Virus record (IMG/VR): IMGVR_UViG_2636416166_000007
Direction: 5' to 3' (one strand)
From: a virus
Taxonomy: Duplodnaviria; Heunggongvirae; Uroviricota; Caudoviricetes
DNA: 4,579 nt
Every line of letters starts with the position of its first letter. Positions within the stretch are counted from its first letter, which is position 1. Of the stretch, positions 1 through 4,579 are shown piece by piece. Below the pieces are notes generated by a model, which was not told the DNA's origin, did no database searches, and was given only the letters and a program-made list of their open reading frames with translations. The translations under genes were made by a program, and so were the position numbers.

Positions 1-310
1 AACTCAAATAAATTACCCAGGCCCCAACTTCATTAGCCGCTTTGGCAATTGATTCAACGCTGGTCGCATTGAGTAATTGTGCAAATTCGGGTTCTGACTC
101 AGCCTTATCTACTGCGGTATGAGCCGCAGCATTAACAATTACATCAGGGCGAATTTTTTTGACGGTTTCAGCCACACCTTCAGGATTACTAAAATCACCA
201 CAATAATCAGTGGAGTGAACATCAAGAGCAATCAAATTACCCAAAGGTGCGAGAGCACGCTGTAGTTCCCAACCTACCTGCCCTGTTTTGCCGAAAAGGA
301 GAATATTCAT
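1..310 (-). CDS. rfbD: dTDP-4-dehydrorhamnose reductase (RmlD/RfbD), N-terminal ~103 codons; gene continues beyond the window start
   Basis: Minus-strand ATG at 308..310 shares one nucleotide with the rfbB TAA stop (310..312). Manual translation gives [76 protein letters not shown]..., an open frame to the window edge with an N-terminal glycine-rich nucleotide-binding motif (GKTGQVG), recognisable as RmlD. Absent from the ORF track because its stop lies outside the window. GAGGG lies about 11 nt upstream of the ATG. Confidence 0.85.
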   Translation of the reverse strand, partial: MNILLFGKTGQVGWELQRALAPLGNLIALDVHSTDYCGDFSNPEGVAETVKKIRPDVIVNAAAHTAVDKAESEPEFAQLLNATSVESIAKAANEVGAWVIYLS

Positions 311-1395
311 TACTGGCGGCCCTCATAGTTCTGTTCAATCCACGATTGATAAGCACCACTTTTCACATTCTCGACCCATTTTGCATTAGCCAGGTACCAT
401 TCCACTGTTTTACGAATCCCGCTCTCAAACGTTTCCTGCGGTTTCCAGCCCAATTCGCGGCTAATCTTCTCTGCATCAATCGCATAACGGCGATCGTGTC
501 CCGGGCGATCGGCAACATAAGTAATTTGCTCACGGTAAGATTTCTCTTTCGGTACAATCTCATCCAACAAATCACAAATAGTGAGCACTACATCGATGTT
601 TTTCTTTTCGTTGTGTCCACCAATGTTATAAGTTTCACCCGCTTTACCTTCGGTTACGACGATATATAACGCACGCGCATGATCTTCAACATACAGCCAG
701 TCACGAATTTGATCCCCTTTGCCATAAATAGGTAATGCCTTACCTTCCAGAGCATTAAGAATTACCAGCGGAATCAATTTTTCCGGAAAGTGATAAGGAC
801 CGTAGTTATTCGAACAGTTAGTCACAATGGTCGGTAAACCATAGGTACGTTTCCACGCACGGACTAAATGATCGCTGGATGCTTTTGATGCGGAATAAGG
901 ACTACTAGGCGCGTAAGCTGTCGTCTCAGTAAAGAGGGGTAATTGTTCTTTATTATTTACTTCGTCAGGATGAGGCAAATCACCATAGACTTCGTCAGTA
1001 GAAATATGATGAAAACGGAAGCTATTTTTCTTGTCGCCATCAAGAGCAGACCAGTAATTGCGAGCCGCTTCCAAAAGGACATAAGTACCAACAATATTGG
1101 TTTCAATAAATGCCGCAGGGCCTGTAATTGAACGATCCACATGGCTTTCAGCAGCCAGGTGCATCACTGCATCCGGCTGATGCTGAGCAAAAATCCGCGC
1201 CATTGCAGCAGCATCGCAAATATCAGCATGTTCAAAAACATAGCGTTCAGAGTCAGAAACATCAGCAAGTGATTCCAGGTTTCCGGCGTACGTTAATTTA
1301 TCGACATTAACAACACTATCCTGCGTATTATTTATAATGTGACGAACTACAGCAGAACCAATAAATCCTGCGCCACCAGTAACAAGTATCTTCAC
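310..1395 (-). CDS. rfbB: dTDP-glucose 4,6-dehydratase (RmlB/RfbB)
   Basis: 361-aa ORF from the track, with GTG start codon at 1393..1395 and TAA stop at 310..312. Carries the N-terminal Rossmann motif GGAGFIGS, the YxxxK catalytic motif (YSASK) and STDEVYG, typical of extended short-chain dehydrogenase/reductase dTDP-glucose dehydratases. Full-length sequence is recognisable as enterobacterial RfbB. Confidence 0.95.
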   Translation of the reverse strand: MKILVTGGAGFIGSAVVRHIINNTQDSVVNVDKLTYAGNLESLADVSDSERYVFEHADICDAAAMARIFAQHQPDAVMHLAAESHVDRSITGPAAFIETNIVGTYVLLEAARNYWSALDGDKKNSFRFHHISTDEVYGDLPHPDEVNNKEQLPLFTETTAYAPSSPYSASKASSDHLVRAWKRTYGLPTIVTNCSNNYGPYHFPEKLIPLVILNALEGKALPIYGKGDQIRDWLYVEDHARALYIVVTEGKAGETYNIGGHNEKKNIDVVLTICDLLDEIVPKEKSYREQITYVADRPGHDRRYAIDAEKISRELGWKPQETFESGIRKTVEWYLANAKWVENVKSGAYQSWIEQNYEGRQ

Positions 1396-1469
1396 TTTAT
1401 TATTCCATATTACTTCAGAGCATGCTGTGAAATAAGCGGCTCTCAGTTTGATTAATAGAGGTATTAATG

Positions 1470-1481
1470 CACGCTACCGCC
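1470..1481 (-). promoter_or_regulatory. ops element (operon polarity suppressor), RfaH recruitment/pause site
   Basis: Plus strand reads CACGCTACCGCC at 1470..1481, so the minus (rfb-sense, non-template) strand reads 5'-GGCGGTAGCGTG-3', an exact match to the 12-nt ops consensus. It sits 74 nt upstream of the rfbB GTG. Confidence 0.9.
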
Positions 1482-1508
1482 CCTGGCTTTACAGCTACCA
1501 GAGCACTG
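1470..1508 (-). promoter_or_regulatory. JUMPstart 39-bp element in the rfb operon leader
   Basis: Minus-strand sequence 5'-CAGTGCTCTGGTAGCTGTAAAGCCAGGGGCGGTAGCGTG-3' matches, as I recall it, the conserved JUMPstart sequence found upstream of polysaccharide gene clusters. It contains two GGTAGC copies and the ops site at its 3' end. Confidence 0.85.
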
Positions 1509-1662
1509 CATGCATGTCTACGATGTGACGAGCGTTACCCACTCGCGCTAAACCCGAAAAATTCAAACGCTAATTGTCTTACCAATCCGCTCTGGAAACA
1601 AGGAAAATCCTGGAAAACTTTGACTAAAATCCTATTGCTAACTCGTTGTTATCCTGATTGTT

Positions 1663-1692
1663 TATATAAAACAACGGCAGGAATATTCGCAA
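1663..1692 (-). promoter_or_regulatory. Candidate sigma70 promoter for the rfb (O-antigen) operon; weak hexamers, position uncertain
   Basis: On the minus strand, TTGCGA (1692..1687), an 18-nt spacer, then TATATA (1668..1663) in an AT-rich stretch upstream of JUMPstart. The hexamers match consensus only 4/6 each. Offered as the best candidate by eye, not a mapped promoter; it would give a leader of roughly 260 nt. Confidence 0.15.
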
Positions 1693-1766
1693 CAAATTAC
1701 TTTCGCCACGAATCTTCACTGCCGTTATAATTTTCTTATCAACCGTTACATCCGGTCAGATTTTCA

Positions 1767-2660
1767 TTATTCGCTTAACAACTTCTCAATCCCTTTACGG
1801 AACTTCGCCCCTTCTTTCAGGTTGCGTAGTCCATACTTCACGAACGCTTGCATATAGCCCATTTTTTTACCGCAGTCGTAGCTGTCACCTGTCATCAGCA
1901 TGGCATCAACGGACTGTTTTTTCGCCAGTTCAGCAATGGCATCAGTCAGCTGAATACGTCCCCATGCACCAGGCTGAGTACGTTCCAGTTCCGGCCAAAT
2001 ATCGGCAGAAAGCACATAGCGACCAACGGCCATGATGTCTGAGTCCAGCGTCTGCGGCTGATCCGGTTTTTCGATAAATTCGACGATGCGGCTGACTTTA
2101 CCTTCGCGATCCAGTGGTTCTTTGGTCTGGATGACCGAGTATTCAGAGAGGTCACCCGGCATACGTTTTGCCAGCACCTGGCTGCGGCCCGTTTCATTGA
2201 AACGTGCAATCATGGCAGCAAGGTTGTAACGCAGCGGGTCGGCGCTGGCGTCGTCGATCACAACGTCTGGCAGCACCACGACAAATGGATTGTCACCAAT
2301 GGCAGGTCGTGCACATAAAATGGAGTGGCCCAAACCTAAAGGTTCGCCCTGACGCACGTTCATAATGGTCACGCCCGGCGGACAGATGGACTGCACTTCC
2401 GCAAGCAGTTGACGCTTTACGCGCTGTTCAAGGAGAGATTCTAATTCATAAGAGGTGTCGAAGTGGTTTTCGACCGCGTTCTTGGACGCGTGAGTTACCA
2501 GGAGGATTTCTTTGATCCCTGCAGCCACAATCTCGTCAACAATGTACTGAATCATTGGCTTGTCGACGATCGGTAGCATCTCTTTGGGAATCGCCTTAGT
2601 GGCAGGCAACATATGCATCCCAAGACCCGCTACAGGAATAACTGCTTTTAAATTCGTCAT
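1767..2660 (-). CDS. galF: UTP-glucose-1-phosphate uridylyltransferase paralog GalF (297 aa)
   Basis: The track ORF 1767..2672 starts at an upstream in-frame GTG. The conserved GalU/GalF N-terminus [14 protein letters not shown] begins at the ATG 2658..2660, preceded by AGGTGG (2674..2669) at 8-nt spacing. Contains GLGMHMLP, with M-H in place of the T-R of catalytic GalU, the GalF hallmark. TAA stop at 1767..1769. Confidence 0.92.
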   Translation of the reverse strand: MTNLKAVIPVAGLGMHMLPATKAIPKEMLPIVDKPMIQYIVDEIVAAGIKEILLVTHASKNAVENHFDTSYELESLLEQRVKRQLLAEVQSICPPGVTIMNVRQGEPLGLGHSILCARPAIGDNPFVVVLPDVVIDDASADPLRYNLAAMIARFNETGRSQVLAKRMPGDLSEYSVIQTKEPLDREGKVSRIVEFIEKPDQPQTLDSDIMAVGRYVLSADIWPELERTQPGAWGRIQLTDAIAELAKKQSVDAMLMTGDSYDCGKKMGYMQAFVKYGLRNLKEGAKFRKGIEKLLSE

Positions 2661-2686
2661 TATTTCATCCACCTGTAAAATGGTTG

Positions 2687-2749
2687 CTGAATTATAGCTT
2701 GTTCGATTTTTTTCGCCAGCATCAATTACCCTGAATTGATTACTGAATT
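2687..2749. repeat. Three copies of CTGAATT within 63 bp in the wcaM-galF spacer
   Basis: Plus-strand CTGAATT at 2687..2693, 2731..2737 and 2743..2749. The last two form a degenerate 12-bp tandem (CTGAATTGATTA / CTGAATTACTTG, 9/12 identical). Seen directly in the sequence; function unknown. Confidence 0.4.
2691..2696 (-). promoter_or_regulatory. Candidate -10 hexamer (TATAAT) of a galF promoter
   Basis: Minus strand reads a perfect TATAAT at 2696..2691, 30 nt upstream of the galF ATG, with an A7 tract (2713..2707) just upstream where a -35 would be expected. No good -35 hexamer is present, so this is unverified. Confidence 0.25.
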
Positions 2750-2834
2750 ACTTGTGATGTTACGCCGCTTCGTTGTGGATTGCAGTAGCATTGTTCCTAA
2801 GTATGGCTCCATTTTTCCAGGAATGGTCGCAAAT

Positions 2835-4229
2835 CTACTCCCCCCGTTCCGGCAATCTAAAGTTAATCTTTTCCACATTAACAATATGGTGATTAATCCT
2901 GTCGATATCGACGGAGCTTTGCCCTCTTTCATTCACCGCATGAACATTTGCAAGAGATAGTAGTGTTTCTTTTTTCGCCATAAAGACGCCGCGAACGTCT
3001 TTGCGCATGTCGAAGTTCATGCTCAATGCTGGTCCAACAGAGGATTCCTGCATCACATTAATATTACGCATAAAAAGGTGTTGTGGTTTGTTGTGTAACT
3101 CCAGCGACGCACGCTTCATCTCAATGTTAGTCAGCGCCACACAGGAGACAGCATTCCCGGCGGAGATTTGGATGCCGCGCAATTTATAAGCAAGATGGGT
3201 GTTATCTAGTTGAATATTATTCACTCGGAAATTTTGCGGTATCGAGAGATATTTGCCTTTAATTACCCCATAGCCGATTAACATCCCGGCGCTATTAATC
3301 ATTTCAATATTATCAATCACGAAATTGTCACAACCGTAAATAGCAACTGTCGCGTTATCAATACCTGCTTTCTTACTGAAATCCGGCGTGATATTGCGGG
3401 CTTTGATATTACGAATAACAAAATGTTTACCATTTTCAACATGGATCAGTTGCCGACAATCCGATCCCGTGATATTCGCCACGACAAAGTTTTTCACTGC
3501 CTGGTCTTCCGGATAATTATTATCGTAGGTACTTCCCGCAAGACCTATGCCGATGCCCCAGTTGATTTTGCCGTTGGTACAGTTGATGCGCTCAATAACG
3601 TGGTCAGATATCAAAATATCACTGTCGTTAATCGCCACGTTCCATTCAATGGCATCGCCCTGTAAGTCGCTGAACTTACAATTGGTGATGTTGGCACCGA
3701 TAATCTGGTTATGAAATCCCTGGCGTAAGATGGCGTAATTAGCGTGGCTAACGGTCAGGTTATCGATGGTCAGGTTGCGCATGACCTGTTTGTTTTTGCC
3801 GCCGATATAAATCTGCGTTACCGGGCCAAAGCCGCTCATAGTCAGCCCTTTGATGGTGCAGTCGGAACCACGCACATCCAGGGTGATGTTATGCATACTG
3901 CCGCCCTCCTCCCCTGTCACCTGGCTGCCGTCCTGTAAAACAAATCGCCCTCTGCCGTTGCCGCGCAGGCTTCCAAGGATGTGTAACGTTTTACCTGCAG
4001 GAATGAAGATGCCGGTGTTGATATTGTCGCAAACCAATCCGCCAGGCACGACGACCGTTTGCCCTTCGCTGAAGGCTTGTTTAAATGAGGCGATCCAGTC
4101 GTGAGGGTTGTAGTCGTTAATGTTAACGCTTTGTCGGGCGGGAAGTGCGCGAGCGAAAGGGGTATGGAGGAAGGCAAGCGCCGAGCTTGCCGTCAGGAAG
4201 GTGCGTCGGGAGAGTTTTTTAAATGGCAT
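2835..4229 (-). CDS. wcaM: Colanic acid cluster protein WcaM (464 aa), predicted Tat-exported right-handed beta-helix protein
   Basis: 464-aa ORF with ATG at 4227..4229 and TAG stop at 2835..2837. The N-terminus [28 protein letters not shown] has a twin-arginine motif (SRRTFLT), a hydrophobic core and an AxA cleavage site. The mature part has reiterated asparagine-containing segments ([72 protein letters not shown]) typical of parallel beta-helix repeats. Recognisable as WcaM, the last gene of the colanic acid cluster. Confidence 0.93.
   Translation of the reverse strand: MPFKKLSRRTFLTASSALAFLHTPFARALPARQSVNINDYNPHDWIASFKQAFSEGQTVVVPGGLVCDNINTGIFIPAGKTLHILGSLRGNGRGRFVLQDGSQVTGEEGGSMHNITLDVRGSDCTIKGLTMSGFGPVTQIYIGGKNKQVMRNLTIDNLTVSHANYAILRQGFHNQIIGANITNCKFSDLQGDAIEWNVAINDSDILISDHVIERINCTNGKINWGIGIGLAGSTYDNNYPEDQAVKNFVVANITGSDCRQLIHVENGKHFVIRNIKARNITPDFSKKAGIDNATVAIYGCDNFVIDNIEMINSAGMLIGYGVIKGKYLSIPQNFRVNNIQLDNTHLAYKLRGIQISAGNAVSCVALTNIEMKRASLELHNKPQHLFMRNINVMQESSVGPALSMNFDMRKDVRGVFMAKKETLLSLANVHAVNERGQSSVDIDRINHHIVNVEKINFRLPERGE
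4146..4229 (-). other. Predicted twin-arginine (Tat) signal peptide of WcaM (about 28 aa)
   Basis: SRRTFLT matches the Tat consensus S/T-R-R-x-F-L-K, with the RR codons at 4203..4208. It is followed by a hydrophobic stretch (ASSALAFL) and FARA, with the predicted cleavage after Ala28. The cleavage position is an inference. Confidence 0.6.
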
Positions 4230-4234
4230 GCGTT

Positions 4235-4239
4235 CTCCT
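4235..4239 (-). promoter_or_regulatory. Shine-Dalgarno (AGGAG) for wcaM
   Basis: Minus strand reads TAG-AGGAG-AACGC-ATG: AGGAG immediately follows the wcaL TAG stop (4240..4242) and lies 5 nt upstream of the wcaM ATG. Confidence 0.55.
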
Positions 4240-4579
4240 CTATAAAGCCTGCAACAAGCTGGCGAGTTCTCGATTAATCACCTGCTGGTTAAAATCGTGT
4301 TCGACTTTTTCGCGCGCACGTTTGACAACCGTAGTAAGTTCGTCGGTGTCCAGTTGGCTAAACGCCGCCAGTCGTTGCGCCAGTGCGCGAGCATCGTTCT
4401 CAGGCACCAGCCAGCCGGATTTATCGGCCTCCACCAGTTCCGGTATTCCGCTATGCAGAGTAGAAACCACCGGAATGCCGACCGCCATCGCTTCCATCAG
4501 CGCCACCGGAATGCCTTCCATATCGCCGTCAGCACCCGTTACCGATGGCAACAGAAAGACATCCGCATCGTCGAGCATC
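4240..4579 (-). CDS. wcaL: Colanic acid glycosyltransferase WcaL (GT4 / GT-B family), C-terminal ~112 codons; gene continues beyond the window end
   Basis: Open frame from the window edge to the TAG stop at 4240..4242, ending ...[11 protein letters not shown]. The sequence [27 protein letters not shown] is typical of the C-terminal sugar-donor domain of GT4 glycosyltransferases. Recognisable as WcaL, and its position directly upstream of wcaM fits the known cluster order. Confidence 0.85.
   Translation of the reverse strand, partial: MLDDADVFLLPSVTGADGDMEGIPVALMEAMAVGIPVVSTLHSGIPELVEADKSGWLVPENDARALAQRLAAFSQLDTDELTTVVKRAREKVEHDFNQQVINRELASLLQAL

Noticed and set aside
247-669. Plus-strand 140-aa ORF from the track (MREHAVVPNLPALF...)
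   Set aside because: Lies entirely antisense to the well-supported rfbD/rfbB coding sequence, has no recognisable motifs or ribosome-binding site, and is the kind of ORF that arises by chance opposite a real gene.
943-1310. Short ORFs inside rfbB (943..1131 +, 957..1142 -, 1128..1310 +)
   Set aside because: They overlap the strongly supported rfbB reading frame and carry none of its conserved SDR motifs; chance ORFs.
1419-1516. Two GCATGC-centred 8-bp palindromes (AGCATGCT at 1419..1426; TGCATGCA at 1507..1514) flanking the JUMPstart
   Set aside because: Palindromic 8-mers are expected about once per 256 positions, so two in a 370-bp spacer is near chance expectation. No known regulator motif is recognised.
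1467-1730. Plus-strand 87-aa ORF spanning the galF-rfbB intergenic region
   Set aside because: It runs antisense straight through the JUMPstart/ops element, which is far better explained as a regulatory leader. No Shine-Dalgarno is apparent and the composition is not protein-like.
1739-1760. Possible intrinsic terminator hairpin just downstream of galF
   Set aside because: Only a 4-5 bp stem (ACCG/CGGT) with a 7-nt loop, followed on the minus strand by A-rich rather than U-rich sequence; too weak to call a Rho-independent terminator.
2658-2672. Upstream GTG (2670..2672) used by the ORF track as the galF start, adding MDEI before MTNLKAV
   Set aside because: The conserved GalU/GalF N-terminus starts at the ATG 2658..2660, and an AGGTGG Shine-Dalgarno sits at appropriate spacing for that ATG, overlapping the GTG.
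2835-4229. Several plus-strand and alternative-frame ORFs inside wcaM (3001..3189, 3423..3665, 3744..3938, 3850..4104, 3917..4177, 2736..2960, 2726..2932)
   Set aside because: All are embedded in or antisense to the 464-aa wcaM frame, which has clear signal peptide and repeat architecture. None has independent support.
1-4579. Mobile elements, CRISPR repeats, tRNA or rRNA genes, toxin-antitoxin pairs
   Set aside because: No terminal inverted repeats, transposase- or integrase-like ORFs, regularly spaced repeats or RNA-gene-like structures were seen. The window is fully accounted for by five co-oriented polysaccharide-biosynthesis genes and two spacers.

Overview
This window is the classical Escherichia coli / Shigella-type junction between the end of the colanic acid (wca/cps) cluster and the start of the O-antigen (rfb/rml) cluster. 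All five protein-coding genes are on the minus strand. In transcription order (high to low coordinates) they are wcaL (C-terminal fragment, 4240..4579), wcaM (2835..4229), galF (1767..2660), a 371-bp regulatory spacer carrying a 39-bp JUMPstart element with the RfaH-recruiting ops site (1470..1508), rfbB/rmlB (310..1395, GTG start) and the first ~103 codons of rfbD/rmlD (1..310). No rRNA, tRNA, CRISPR array, insertion sequence or integrase is visible. I find no evidence for a previously undescribed multi-gene system; the plus-strand ORFs in the supplied track are all antisense to well-supported genes and look spurious. The points most worth a second look are the JUMPstart/ops leader with the GTG start of rfbB that lacks a clear Shine-Dalgarno, WcaM (a Tat-signal-bearing predicted beta-helix protein whose biochemical function is, to my knowledge, not established), and a thrice-repeated CTGAATT motif plus a consensus TATAAT in the wcaM-galF spacer. 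All gene identifications rest on my reading and recognition of the translated sequences; no database search was run.
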